Assembly: GCA_030690895.1 (NCBI GenBank)
Contig: JAUYFQ010000062.1
Span: forward strand, 1-40,000
DNA length: 40,000 nucleotides
Origin: Sulfuricellaceae bacterium
GTDB lineage: Bacteria; Pseudomonadota; Gammaproteobacteria; Burkholderiales; Sulfuricellaceae
Direction of reading: 5' to 3'
Position numbers and translations under genes: made by a program. The notes under the pieces were generated by a model that did no database searches, was not told where the DNA came from, and worked only from the letters and a program-made list of their open reading frames with translations. Within the stretch, counting starts at the first letter, position 1. Each line of letters starts with the position of its first letter. Of this stretch, positions 8,700-18,600 are shown piece by piece.

Positions 8700-10511
8700 T
8701 TACTCGGGTTTTTCAGTGGACCGGCCAGCGTTTTTCCGCCGCCGGGCATGGCGCAGAATGGCGGCCACCAGAATATCCGGCTCGATGGGTTTGGCGACAT
8801 GCTCTGCCATGCCGGAGGCCAGGCATTTGTCCCGCTCCTCTTCCATGGCATGCGCGGTGAGGCCGATGATGGGCAGGTCAGGCGAGAGTTCGCGCAGGCG
8901 CCGGGCGGCGGTGTGGCCGTCCATGACAGGCATCTGGATGTCCATCAGCACGATGTCCCATGAGTCCGCACCGTCACGCTCGACCTGCTCTACGGCCAGC
9001 AGGCCGTTGACGACACAGGTCACTTGCGCGCCTTCGTTGCTGAGCAGGTCTTTCAGTACCAGCCGGTTGAGGGCGTCGTCCTCGGCCGCCAGGATAGAAA
9101 TGCCAGCCAGATGCAGGTCGGCGGCCGAGGCAACTGCTGCCGGAGGCGGGAGCGGGGCAGGTGGTGCGATCTCGTCCAGCGGCAGCTGTACCACGAAGCG
9201 GGTGCCGGTCCAGGCAACACTGTTGACGTGGATTTCGCCACCCATCAGGTCGACCAGGCGCTTGCTGATGGCGAGTCCCAGCCCGGTGCCGCCAAAGTGG
9301 CGCGTCGTGGAACTGTCAGCCTGCTCGAAGGCGCTGAACAGGTGGCTGACCTGCTCCTTGCTCATGCCAATGCCGGTGTCGACGATCTCGAACACCAAGC
9401 GCCCGCCGTCCCGTCTGGCGGTCAGGGTGACGCTGCCTTGCTCGGAGAACTTGACGGCGTTATCGAGCAGGTTGACCAGCACCTGGGTCAGGCGCAGCGG
9501 GTCGCCCAGGCAGCCGGCGGGCAGACCGGCAGCCTTGTGCAGTGTGAAGGTCAAGCCCTTGGCACGCGCCTTTTCGGCGGCGAACTCGACGGCATGGTCG
9601 ATGACCGCGTCGAGGCTGATGGCTACCCGCTCGATGGTCAGCTTGCCGGCTTCGATCTTGGAGAAGTCGAGGATGTCATTGACGATGGCCAGCAGGTGCC
9701 GGCCTGCATCGTGGATACGGGCGAAGGTGGCAGAGGCATCGCTGCCGACGCCGCTGTCGCGCTGGCCGATGCGGGCGAGATTGAGCACGCCGTTGAGGGG
9801 AGTGCGTATTTCGTGACTCATGTTGGCGAGAAAGTCGTTCTTGACCTGGGCCAGGTGCTCGGCATCTGCCAGTGCAGCCGCGCGCGCGGCTTCAAGCGAG
9901 GCCAGAGCCTCCTCGGCTTGTTTGCGCTCGCTGATATCGGAGAACACAATGCGCACCACCGGGTCTTCGCCCACTTTTTGCAGCCGCAAGCTGTCCAGTC
10001 GTACGGGGAGGCGGGATCCATCGCCGCGCAAAAGCGTTACCTCGCTAATCTGATGGTCGCCATGTTGCGTCACGCGCAGGAAATTTTGCTGCCAGTGCTC
10101 GCTGTCCTCGGCGGCAATGAAGCGGGCGAAGCGACGCTGGATCAATTTGCTGCGGTCTTCTCCCAGCATTGCCGCGCCGGTAAGGTTGATTTCCAAGATC
10201 AGGGCATGGGCCGTGAGGGTGAGGTAGCCGACAGGGGCGAATTCATAGAGGTCGAGGTAGCGGGACTCTTCCAGGGCGAGCTGCGTCTGCCGCAAGGTTT
10301 CATTCTGCATTTCCAGTTCGATCTGGTGTACCTGGAGTTCGTGCAGCAGTTCCTCGGCTGGACGGAGCGGCACTGTCACCACTGGTGCATCGAGACCCAG
10401 TTGCGCCTCGGCCAGAATGCGCAGGGGGTCTTGCTGGTCCGGTTTCGTGCTCATTGGGGTCCCTTTAATGCCACTTGAAATGATCGACAGGCAGTTTGTT
10501 ACTTTGTCCAC
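8700..10511 (-). CDS. hybrid sensor histidine kinase (PAS, HisKA, HATPase, receiver)
   Basis: H-box SHEIRTPLNG, N-box LLDNAVKF, G-boxes DTGIGM and GGTGLGL, and a C-terminal receiver (ILAAEDD...LMDIQMPVMDG). Alternative ATG start at 10454. Confidence 0.85.
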   Translation of the reverse strand: MDKVTNCLSIISSGIKGTPMSTKPDQQDPLRILAEAQLGLDAPVVTVPLRPAEELLHELQVHQIELEMQNETLRQTQLALEESRYLDLYEFAPVGYLTLTAHALILEINLTGAAMLGEDRSKLIQRRFARFIAAEDSEHWQQNFLRVTQHGDHQISEVTLLRGDGSRLPVRLDSLRLQKVGEDPVVRIVFSDISERKQAEEALASLEAARAAALADAEHLAQVKNDFLANMSHEIRTPLNGVLNLARIGQRDSGVGSDASATFARIHDAGRHLLAIVNDILDFSKIEAGKLTIERVAISLDAVIDHAVEFAAEKARAKGLTFTLHKAAGLPAGCLGDPLRLTQVLVNLLDNAVKFSEQGSVTLTARRDGGRLVFEIVDTGIGMSKEQVSHLFSAFEQADSSTTRHFGGTGLGLAISKRLVDLMGGEIHVNSVAWTGTRFVVQLPLDEIAPPAPLPPPAAVASAADLHLAGISILAAEDDALNRLVLKDLLSNEGAQVTCVVNGLLAVEQVERDGADSWDIVLMDIQMPVMDGHTAARRLRELSPDLPIIGLTAHAMEEERDKCLASGMAEHVAKPIEPDILVAAILRHARRRKNAGRSTEKPE

Positions 10512-10528
10512 GTTATTGCGTAGCCCGA

Positions 10529-13459
10529 CTACGCCTTGATTTCTTCCATCGCCAGCAAAATCAATTGAACATCGCCGGATTTGCCGACGATACGACGGGC
10601 ATTCAACAGCATCCTGCGCCTGCCGATGACGGGGAAGTCATTTTCCACCACAAAACCCTCGAAACTCTGGTCGCGCGGCAGGATGGTATCCAGCAGTTCC
10701 CGCAATGCGGGAATGTCCCACTGGCGGTTGCCCAGTTCGTAGAGCGGACAACCCACGGTATCTTCCGCCGTGACCTGGAATTCCTGGTAAAACGAGCGGC
10801 TGGCCGAGGTGATTTGCAAGGCGCCATTCAGCACGACCAGCGGCTCGCGCACGGTATCGACGATGGCTTCGGCCAGTTCCCGCGCTGATCTCTCCGCCGC
10901 CTCGGCCCGGGTGCGTTCGCTGATGTCGGTGAAAGTCAGTACCACGCCTTCGATCACATTATCCAGCGTGCGGTAGGGCTGGATGCGGGCCAGGTAGCAG
11001 GCGTCGCCCGCAGTGCGCACCTCGCGCTCGCGTGGCGCCAGTGACTCGAGCACAGCCTTGGCATCGGCAAGCAGGTCTTCGTTCTCAAGATTGGATTTGA
11101 TGTCGCCCAGCGGCCGGCCCACGTCCGAGGCCACCAGGCGGTAGATGCCCGCTGCCTCGCGCGTGAAACGCTTGATCGACAGGTGCTGGTCGAGGAAGAT
11201 GGTGCCGATGTTGATGTTGTCGAGCAGATTCTTCATGTCGTTCTGCATCCCGGCCAGTTGCTCGATCTTGGCTTGCAGCTCGGCATTGACGGTCACCAGT
11301 TCTTCATTGACGGATTGCAGCTCTTCCTTGGAAGTTTCCAGTTCCTCGTTGGTGGATTGCAATTCTTCATTGGTCGACTGCAATTCCTCGTTGGTGGATT
11401 TGAGTTCTTCGTTGGAGGCCTGCTGTTCCTCGATGGTGGCCTGAAGATTTTCCCTGGTGTAGGCGAGATCGCGCTCCAGTTCCTCGACGCGCCGCTGTTC
11501 GCCATGCCCTGATGCCGCCCCCTTGCCGCGTCCCGGTTTGCCGGGTACTGGATGTGCCACGTCCTGGAAGCTGTTCAGCTGCAATTTCTCGTTGGAGTCA
11601 GGGTCGGGCAGGGGACGCAGGCTGAGGCTCACGGACTGAAAGTCGCCATTGGTCTTGATGTTCAGTTCGCGGCCCAGGGTGGGCATGCCCTGACCGGCGC
11701 CGATCAAGGCTGCGCGCAGTTCCAGTTGCAGGCCCTCGCGCGCCATGTCGACCACGTTGAGCGTGGCCTGACCGGGGGCCGGGCGCAGGTATTTGCCGGT
11801 GTCGCCGTGCACAAACAGGATGTTGCCCTTCATGTCTGTCACCACCGAGGCGGGCGCGTAGGCATGCAACAGCGTGCGTCTGGTCAGTTCGGCGAAGTTG
11901 GTTTCCTTGGTTTTCTTGATCACTTCACTTTGCCCCTTGGTATTGCCGTCGCCGGTCCACGACAGCCCGCCCGACATCACCGCACGGACGGAGGATGCAG
12001 AACCGGTAGCGCGGTAGAGCTTCCATTTGCGGTTGAGCGGTGCGAACAGCTCGGGGTGGTTGCCGGTGCTTTCCGAGGGCGAGAGAAACAGCACCCCACC
12101 CGGCTTGAGGGCGTAATGGAAGGCAGGGATGAGGCGGTTTTGCAGTTCCGGTTCCAGATAGATCATCAGGTTGCGGCAACTGAGCAGGTCGAGCCGGGTA
12201 AAAGGGGGGTCCTTGATAACGTTCTGGATGGCAAACACCACCATCTCGCGGATATCCTTCTTTACCCGGTAGCCCGCGTCCTCCTTGATGAAAAAGCGGC
12301 GCAGCCGCTCAGGGTGGATATCCTGGGCGATATTGGGCGGATAGATGCCGACACGCGCTATGGCAATGGCGTCATCGTCGAGGTCGGTGCTGTAGAGCTG
12401 GATTTTGAATTCCTGCCGTGTTTCATCCATGTACTCGCGCAGCAGCATGGCGATGGAATAGGACTCCTCGCCGGTGGCGCAACCCGCCACCCAGGCGCGG
12501 AATACATAGTCTTCGGGTTTGCCCGCCAGCAGTTGCGGCAGGACTTCCTCCTTCAGTTTTGCGAAGGCATCCGGATCGCGGAAGAAGCTGGTGACGTTGA
12601 TCAGCAGTTCCCTGAAAAGTATTTGCACCTCGGCTGGATGCTCCTTGAGATAGCGCGCGTAAATCTCGATATCCCCGATGTTGTGTTGCGACATGCGCCG
12701 CTCGATGCGGCGGCCGATGGTGCTCTTCTTGTATTGGGTGAAATCGTGGCCGGTGGCGCTGCGCAACAGCATCAAGATCCGTTTCATGCCGCTGGCTGCT
12801 GCGGGGGCTGGCGGCGCTTCATGCTGTACCGCCATGGCGTGCATGTCCGCCAACAGTATCGCGGGCATTTTTTCTACCGGCAGGACATGAGTGGCATAAC
12901 CGGCCTGGATGGCGCTGACGGGCATGCCGTCGTACTTGGCAGTGGTCGGTTCCTGCGCCAGTGTGACCCCGCCCGCGCCGAGGATGGCACGCAGTCCCAG
13001 CGTGCCGTCGGTGCCGGTGCCGGAAAGGATGATGCCAATCGCCTGCTCCCCCTGATCTTCGGCCAGTGAACGCAGGAAAGCGTCGATCGGCATGCGCTGA
13101 CCGCGTGGCAATTCCGGCACGGAGAGTTGCAGCGTGCCGTGGAAGATGGCCATGTCGCGGTTGGGCGGAATGACGTGAACCCGGTCAGGGGTCAACACCA
13201 TCTGATCCGTCGCTTCGACCACCGGCATGGCCGTGGTGCGTTGCAGGATTTCGCTGAGCAGGCTGGCATGGCTCGGGTCGAGATGTGGAACCAGTACGAA
13301 GGCCATGCCGCATTCGGGCGGGATATGGCGGAAAAATTGCTCGAAAGCTTCCAGTCCGCCGGCGGACGCGCCGATGCCGACAATGGGAAAAGCGGCAGCG
13401 CGGGTGTCCGGCGTTTCCGGGCTGGCAGCGGTCTTGATCTGGTTTTTCCTCACAGCCAT
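10529..13459 (-). CDS. CheB-methylesterase/CheR-methyltransferase fusion protein with coiled coil and PAS domains
   Basis: CheB-like GASAGGLEA, CheR-like SAM site (AGCATGEESYS), a heptad coiled coil (STNEELQ repeats) and a C-terminal PAS. The ATG at 13459 has AAGGA upstream; the ORF track begins at GTG 13489. Confidence 0.85.
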   Translation of the reverse strand: MAVRKNQIKTAASPETPDTRAAAFPIVGIGASAGGLEAFEQFFRHIPPECGMAFVLVPHLDPSHASLLSEILQRTTAMPVVEATDQMVLTPDRVHVIPPNRDMAIFHGTLQLSVPELPRGQRMPIDAFLRSLAEDQGEQAIGIILSGTGTDGTLGLRAILGAGGVTLAQEPTTAKYDGMPVSAIQAGYATHVLPVEKMPAILLADMHAMAVQHEAPPAPAAASGMKRILMLLRSATGHDFTQYKKSTIGRRIERRMSQHNIGDIEIYARYLKEHPAEVQILFRELLINVTSFFRDPDAFAKLKEEVLPQLLAGKPEDYVFRAWVAGCATGEESYSIAMLLREYMDETRQEFKIQLYSTDLDDDAIAIARVGIYPPNIAQDIHPERLRRFFIKEDAGYRVKKDIREMVVFAIQNVIKDPPFTRLDLLSCRNLMIYLEPELQNRLIPAFHYALKPGGVLFLSPSESTGNHPELFAPLNRKWKLYRATGSASSVRAVMSGGLSWTGDGNTKGQSEVIKKTKETNFAELTRRTLLHAYAPASVVTDMKGNILFVHGDTGKYLRPAPGQATLNVVDMAREGLQLELRAALIGAGQGMPTLGRELNIKTNGDFQSVSLSLRPLPDPDSNEKLQLNSFQDVAHPVPGKPGRGKGAASGHGEQRRVEELERDLAYTRENLQATIEEQQASNEELKSTNEELQSTNEELQSTNEELETSKEELQSVNEELVTVNAELQAKIEQLAGMQNDMKNLLDNINIGTIFLDQHLSIKRFTREAAGIYRLVASDVGRPLGDIKSNLENEDLLADAKAVLESLAPREREVRTAGDACYLARIQPYRTLDNVIEGVVLTFTDISERTRAEAAERSARELAEAIVDTVREPLVVLNGALQITSASRSFYQEFQVTAEDTVGCPLYELGNRQWDIPALRELLDTILPRDQSFEGFVVENDFPVIGRRRMLLNARRIVGKSGDVQLILLAMEEIKA
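11298..11423 (-). repeat. intragenic 21-bp tandem repeat (6 units) encoding the NEELQST heptad coiled coil
   Basis: The units at 11298, 11319, 11340, 11361, 11382 and 11403 are all variants of CAGTTCYTCRTTGGTGGATTG. Confidence 0.7.
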
Positions 13460-13630
13460 GAGTTCCTTGATTATGGGAGGCGTTGGCACGGGGTGGTCAG
13501 CACAAAATGCCCAAATCTAATTTGGCATCTTATTCCAAATTTACAGTCAATCCCACTACAGTTCGGCGGGTCTTTTCCTCATCTGCTCCAGACTTCTCCA
13601 CTGGTCTTCAGAAACGCCAGCAAAATTAAA

Positions 13631-13750
13631 CCCGGATTATCCATTGGAATGCGCATTCATGTAGGAGCGCCGCCCCGGCGCGAATGCGGACGCGATTCGC
13701 GGCGAGGGCGCCGCTCCTACAGTGGCTTTGGCCCTAATGAACAATCCCGG
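13631..13750. repeat. MITE-like palindromic element with a TGTAGG...CCTACA REP-like core
   Basis: Imperfect terminal inverted repeats CCCGGATTATCCATTGG and CCTAATGAACAATCCCGG; inner hairpin 13660-13721; flanked by TTAAA on both sides (13626-13630, 13751-13755). Confidence 0.55.
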
Positions 13751-13824
13751 TTAAAGTGTACTGATTTAGTAAAGTATTCGCGCTTGCGTTAGAATCAAGC
13801 CATGAACATAAAGGATATGCCCCG

Positions 13825-14955
13825 TTGAGCCACCTCAAAATTCACGAAAACATTGCCGACATCCCAGCCAGCCAGTGGAATGCGCTGGCCGGAAGCTGTC
13901 CTTTCCTGAAACATGCCTTTTTTCTTGCGCTGCAGGAAAGCGGCTGTGCGACAGCGACAACCGGCTGGCAGGCGCAGTTTTTGACACTCAGTGAGGGGGA
14001 TACGCTGGTGGGCGGCATGCCGCTTTATCTCAAGAGCCATTCCTGGGGCGAATTCGTATTTGACTGGGCGTGGGCGGATGCTTACCAGCGCCAGGGCATG
14101 AAGTATTACCCCAAGCTGCTGAATGCCGTGCCTTTTACGCCCGCTTCCGGGCCGCGCATTCTGGCGGCCTCGCCTGATTTGCGCACGCACCTGCTGAAGG
14201 CCGCCTTGCGCCTGGCGGAAGAAATGGGCGTGTCGTCGCTGCATTGCCTGTTTCCTTTTGAAGATGAGGCGCGCGCCATGGAGGGGGAGGGCATGATGTT
14301 GCGGCAGGGGGTTCAGTTCCATTGGCGCAACCCCGGCTATGCCGATTTCGAGGATTATCTGGCCGACATGAGTCACGACAAGCGCAAGCGCATCCGGCAG
14401 GAGCGGCGCAAGGTCAGGGAGGCAGGCATCCGCTTCGAGCAGTTGAGTGGCGCACAGCTTCTTGACGAGCACTGGGAATTTTTCATGCGCTGTTATGAAA
14501 ATACCCATCTTCAATTCAACTCGCCCATGGCGCTGAATCTGGATTTCTTCCGGCGGGTCAGCGCCAGCATGGCGGAGAATATCCTGCTGGTGATCGCACT
14601 CAAGGATGACAAACCCATCGCCGGATCGCTCTGTTTTTACAGCGACGAAGCGCTTTACGGGCGCTCCTGGGGTGCGCTGGAATACCACCCGGCCCTGCAT
14701 TTCGAGGCTTGTTACTATCAGGCCATCGAGTTCTGCATAGCAAGACGAATCCCCTTGTTTGAAGGCGGTGCGCAGGGCGAGCACAAGCTGTCGCGGGGGT
14801 TTTTGCCGACCGTGATCTGGTCGGCGCACTGGCTGGCGCACCCGGGGTTTTACCGGGCGGTGGACGAATACCTGCGGCGCGAAAGCAAAGGCATGGCTCG
14901 CTATGTAGATGATCTCAGGGAACGCAGTCCTTTCAAGGAGGAAATCGATGTCTGA
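13825..14955 (+). CDS. GNAT-family N-acetyltransferase (COG3146/FemAB-like)
   Basis: 376 aa with an N-terminus typical of this family ([12 protein letters not shown]...[15 protein letters not shown]). TTG start with AAAGGA upstream. Confidence 0.75.
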   Translation: MSHLKIHENIADIPASQWNALAGSCPFLKHAFFLALQESGCATATTGWQAQFLTLSEGDTLVGGMPLYLKSHSWGEFVFDWAWADAYQRQGMKYYPKLLNAVPFTPASGPRILAASPDLRTHLLKAALRLAEEMGVSSLHCLFPFEDEARAMEGEGMMLRQGVQFHWRNPGYADFEDYLADMSHDKRKRIRQERRKVREAGIRFEQLSGAQLLDEHWEFFMRCYENTHLQFNSPMALNLDFFRRVSASMAENILLVIALKDDKPIAGSLCFYSDEALYGRSWGALEYHPALHFEACYYQAIEFCIARRIPLFEGGAQGEHKLSRGFLPTVIWSAHWLAHPGFYRAVDEYLRRESKGMARYVDDLRERSPFKEEIDV

Positions 14956-15403
14956 TCCAGACGAAAAATATACCCGGCCGGACGATGAAACACTGAAGCA
15001 CACCCTCAGCCCGGAGCAATACCACGTCACCCAGCAGTGCGGAACCGAGCCGCCTTTTCGCAATGCCTGGTGGGACAATCATCGCGCAGGCCTGTATGTG
15101 GATGTGGTGACCAGCGAGCCGCTTTTCAGCTCGCAGGATAAATTCGATTCCGGTACCGGTTGGCCGAGTTTTACGCGACCGGTCAGCGCGCATTCGTTGA
15201 CGGAGCGCAAGGATCACGCGCACGGCATGATCCGGGTCGAAGTCAGAAGCGCCCGGGGGGATTCCCACCTGGGGCATGTGTTCGATGATGGGCCGAGTCC
15301 TGTGAATCTGCGCTACTGCATCAATTCGGCAGCGTTAAGATTCATTCCGGTTGAGGCGCTGGAAGCGGAAGGCTATGGCGAGTTCAGGACGCTGTTTGAG
15401 TGA
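14948..15403 (+). CDS. msrB: peptide-methionine (R)-S-oxide reductase MsrB
   Basis: The SelR/MsrB signature GTGWPSF and the catalytic RYCINSAAL are present. The ATG at 14948 overlaps the GNAT stop by 8 nt. Confidence 0.9.
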   Translation: MSDPDEKYTRPDDETLKHTLSPEQYHVTQQCGTEPPFRNAWWDNHRAGLYVDVVTSEPLFSSQDKFDSGTGWPSFTRPVSAHSLTERKDHAHGMIRVEVRSARGDSHLGHVFDDGPSPVNLRYCINSAALRFIPVEALEAEGYGEFRTLFE

Positions 15404-15538
15404 ACCATTATCCTGTGGCGCATTCGTCCTGCATATAAATCGAATTTATTGACTTGAATCAATTATTTTATAGGGATAGTAGGCGTACCTTACGCGAAGG
15501 CATGTATGCCCAACCAAACTATAAAATGAGGAGATTCA

Positions 15539-16129
15539 ATGATGAAATCAACAAGGGTCGCCGCCGTTCTGTGCGGCGGGTATTTGCTGGCGACAGCCTC
15601 GGCCTGGGCTGAAAGCCCCAGCCGGGCTGCCATGTTATCCAATACCTGCGCCGGCTGTCATGGCACCAACGGCGCCAGTGTCGGGCCGAGCATGCCTGTC
15701 ATTTCTGGCATGTCCGAGGCTTTTCTGCTGGACAGCATGAAAAAATTCAAGAGTGGCGAACGCCCTTCCAGCATCATGGGACGGCTGGCCAAGGCCTATT
15801 CCGACGACGAGCTCAAGCTGGTAGCCGAATACTTTGCCAAGCACCCGTTCGTCAGTGCCAAGCAGGAAACGGATCCGGCCAAGGTGGCGATCGGCAAGCA
15901 GATTCATGAACAGCGCTGCAAGAAATGCCACATCGACAATGGTCGTGACTCCGAGGATGGCAGCATTCTGGGCGGACAATGGAAGGAGTATTTGCAGATC
16001 AGCATGAGCGAGTTTCGCTCAGGTAAGCGGGTCATGCCCAAGAAAATGGCGGAAAAAATGGAGGGTGAAAACAAGCTGACACCCGAAGAGGTTGAAGCCA
16101 TTATCCATTTTTATGCCAGCCAGAAGTGA
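15539..16129 (+). CDS. fccA: dihaem cytochrome c subunit of flavocytochrome c sulfide dehydrogenase
   Basis: Signal peptide, two CxxCH haem sites (CAGCHG, CKKCHI), GAGGAG ribosome-binding site, and position directly upstream of the flavoprotein subunit. Confidence 0.85.
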   Translation: MMKSTRVAAVLCGGYLLATASAWAESPSRAAMLSNTCAGCHGTNGASVGPSMPVISGMSEAFLLDSMKKFKSGERPSSIMGRLAKAYSDDELKLVAEYFAKHPFVSAKQETDPAKVAIGKQIHEQRCKKCHIDNGRDSEDGSILGGQWKEYLQISMSEFRSGKRVMPKKMAEKMEGENKLTPEEVEAIIHFYASQK

Positions 16130-16139
16130 GGAGTTGATC

Positions 16140-17423
16140 ATGAACCGCAGAAATTTCATTCAAATGGCTGGCGCAGTTGCCGGTCTCAGCCTGGCGTCCT
16201 GCGCCTCGGTCTCATCTGTAAATCCGCCGGTAAGCGATTTGGCCGCCAAAAAAGGGCGACGCGTAGTCGTCGTCGGGGGTGGTTACGGTGGCGCGATTGC
16301 CGCCAAATACATACGCATGAGCGACCCTTCCATCGAAGTAGTGCTGGTCGAACGCAACAAGACCTTTATTTCCTGCCCCTTCAGCAACCTGGTCATCGGC
16401 GGCACCCGCAACCTCAAAGACAACATGATCAGCTATGATGCGCTGGCGTCGAATCATGGCGTCAAGATGGTTTTTGAAGAAGTGACGGCGGTGGATGCAG
16501 CCGCCAAGAAAATTCGGGTTGCCAGCGGTGATATCAGCTATGACCGCCTGATCCTTTCCCCCGGTATTGATTTCCGCTTCTCGGAAATCGAGGGCTATGA
16601 TCCGATAGAAACGCCCCGCGTTATCCCGCACGCCTGGAAAGCAGGCGAGCAAACCCTGTTGCTGCGCCAGCAACTGGTGGATATGCCCAATGGCGGGGTC
16701 GTGGTGCTGTCGATCCCGCTGACGCCGTACCGCTGCCCGCCCGGCCCTTACGAGCGGATCAGCCAGATCGCCTGGTATCTCAAGAACCACAAACCCAAGT
16801 CCAAGATCATTGTGCTCGACGCAAATCCGGACATCATCTCCAAGGGCGCCCTGTTCAAGAAAGCCTGGGAAAAACACTACAAGGGTCTGATCGAGTTTCG
16901 CTCCAGCAACCAGATTACCGAGGTCAACACCAAGGCTCGCAGCGTGGGTAATGGCGTGGAGGAATTCAAGGGCGCAGTGGTGAACATGATCCCGCCGCAA
17001 AAGGCCGGGCTGATTGCCCACATGGCCGGGGTGGTGGGCGAAGACAAGAAATGGTGTCCAGTCAATCAGACCACCTTCGAATCCACCCTCGTGCCCGGCG
17101 TACACGTCATCGGCGATGCCTGCATGGCGGGGCCGATGCCGAAATCCGGCTACTCCGCCAACTCACAGGCCAAGGTGTGCGCACTCAACGTGGTGCAGAT
17201 GATGAACGGCATGGCCATGATTCCGCCATCGCATGTCAACGTGTGTTATAGCTTCGTCACCGATAAGGAGGCGATCTCGGTATCAGCGGTGTACCGGGTT
17301 GACGACAAGGGCGCCACCATCGTGGTTCCCAATTCCGGCGGGGTGTCGCCAGACCTGTCCGAGCTGGAAGGTGTTTATGCCAAGAGCTGGATCAAGAATA
17401 TCCTGCACGAAATGTCTTCCTGA
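16140..17423 (+). CDS. fccB: flavoprotein subunit of flavocytochrome c sulfide dehydrogenase (FccB/SoxF type)
   Basis: Tat signal (MNRRNFIQMAG), FAD-binding GxGxxG (VVVVGGGYGGAIAAKY) and GAGGAG upstream of ATG 16140. Confidence 0.9.
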   Translation: MNRRNFIQMAGAVAGLSLASCASVSSVNPPVSDLAAKKGRRVVVVGGGYGGAIAAKYIRMSDPSIEVVLVERNKTFISCPFSNLVIGGTRNLKDNMISYDALASNHGVKMVFEEVTAVDAAAKKIRVASGDISYDRLILSPGIDFRFSEIEGYDPIETPRVIPHAWKAGEQTLLLRQQLVDMPNGGVVVLSIPLTPYRCPPGPYERISQIAWYLKNHKPKSKIIVLDANPDIISKGALFKKAWEKHYKGLIEFRSSNQITEVNTKARSVGNGVEEFKGAVVNMIPPQKAGLIAHMAGVVGEDKKWCPVNQTTFESTLVPGVHVIGDACMAGPMPKSGYSANSQAKVCALNVVQMMNGMAMIPPSHVNVCYSFVTDKEAISVSAVYRVDDKGATIVVPNSGGVSPDLSELEGVYAKSWIKNILHEMSS

Positions 17424-17447
17424 TCTGGTCGGGGCAACCTCGACTCC

Positions 17448-17475
17448 AAGCCCGCCTGATGGCGGGCTTTTTTAT
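17448..17475 (+). terminator. rho-independent terminator after fccB
   Basis: Stem AAGCCCGCC, loop TGAT, stem GGCGGGCTT, followed by a T-tract. Confidence 0.75.
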
Positions 17476-17502
17476 TCCTGGCCGTTTGGCGGAAAGTCCG
17501 CT

Positions 17503-18543
17503 TCAGAGCAATTTGAGGGCATCATCAATGCGGGATAAATTGTCCTGTTCTTCGTGTATTTCATCGTGCGGGATACGCACAATCAGCAGCGACCGGGCTG
17601 GATGTCCGGCGCGCATGACTTCGGTCAGTTCAATTGGTTTTCCGCTGTTCTGATCCGATGGATTTCTGACGATATTCATGTCGTCCAGGTGCCATGAAGC
17701 GGTTTGCAGGCTCAGCAGAGAATCCGATGCAGTCAGCACCTTCAGCATCTCATGCAGGAAAAAATCCAGCGTAGGCGTGTGAACGGCGGTTTGGGCCAGT
17801 TCAGCTTCCTTCTCCTTGATCTGGTCATACAGCGCAGCCACCTCTTCACTGGTGATTTCGATACGCTCGCACAGGCAGGCTTTCCCCTGATCCTGGCGGC
17901 GTTTCATCCTTAGCCGGGCGCGTAACATGGCCAGTTCCTGCTCCAGTCCATTATGCTGGGATCGTGCTTGTTCGATATTCGCGAGTATCCGTTGCGCCAT
18001 GAATTCCAGCGCAAACCCTTTGGTTTTTTCGCGTAGCGCCGTTTCGCTGGCAGAGGCGGCAATCACGCGGTGATCAGTAAAGCTGATTTGTGTCTGTGGA
18101 ACATCGCGCAGCATGGTTTCCCCACGCAGTTCCATTCCCAGTACCTTGCGGACTTGCAGGGTGGAAGCCAGCATGGCGTAGCAGCTATCGTCCGGGTCTG
18201 GCATCTTGGCACAGACTTGAAGGACGTTGCCGCGATTAAAAATTCGCCCCATTTCATCGCCGCTTCCGAACATGGCGCGAAGCTCGGGGGTTGATATCCA
18301 CTGCCGGGTTGATGCATCGAGCGGCCCGGCAATCCTGTCGATCACATCCTCGATATGCTGAAGCGCGTGCCAGACTGGTGCGCCGAGTTTTTCCCCATAG
18401 CCCGGCAGAAACGCCAAGCGGGGATTGATTTCATACAGCAGGCGCTCAATGGCGGCATCAATCTCGGCTTGATGCCGCTCAACCGGGCTTTTTCTTCTGC
18501 TGAGAAAATACCGTAGAATATGGCGTATGGATTTGATGCCCAT
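17503..18543 (-). CDS. hypothetical protein (~346 aa) with a central coiled-coil segment
   Basis: Long ORF with no recognisable motif. The ATG at 18543 is preferred because the track start at 18612 would overlap the divergent protease gene. Confidence 0.6.
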   Translation of the reverse strand: MGIKSIRHILRYFLSRRKSPVERHQAEIDAAIERLLYEINPRLAFLPGYGEKLGAPVWHALQHIEDVIDRIAGPLDASTRQWISTPELRAMFGSGDEMGRIFNRGNVLQVCAKMPDPDDSCYAMLASTLQVRKVLGMELRGETMLRDVPQTQISFTDHRVIAASASETALREKTKGFALEFMAQRILANIEQARSQHNGLEQELAMLRARLRMKRRQDQGKACLCERIEITSEEVAALYDQIKEKEAELAQTAVHTPTLDFFLHEMLKVLTASDSLLSLQTASWHLDDMNIVRNPSDQNSGKPIELTEVMRAGHPARSLLIVRIPHDEIHEEQDNLSRIDDALKLL

Positions 18544-18600
18544 TGGCGTTTGGTTCCGAGCGTAACACCTCAATCTTAAACCTCTTGAAAGATAAAATCG

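Noticed and set aside
9024-13069. Long + strand ORFs (9024-10478, 11552-13069, 8644-9816) opposite the kinase and CheB/CheR genes
   Set aside because: Antisense shadows with no motifs. The minus frames contain H, N and G boxes and CheB/CheR signatures.
13484-13499. TGGCACGGGGTGGTCA resembling a sigma-54 -24 element
   Set aside because: It lacks the -12 GC element at the correct spacing, and no appropriately positioned downstream gene exists.
13795-15078. 427-aa minus-strand ORF opposite the GNAT and msrB genes
   Set aside because: Antisense shadow. The plus frames carry the MsrB catalytic motifs and the GNAT-family sequence.
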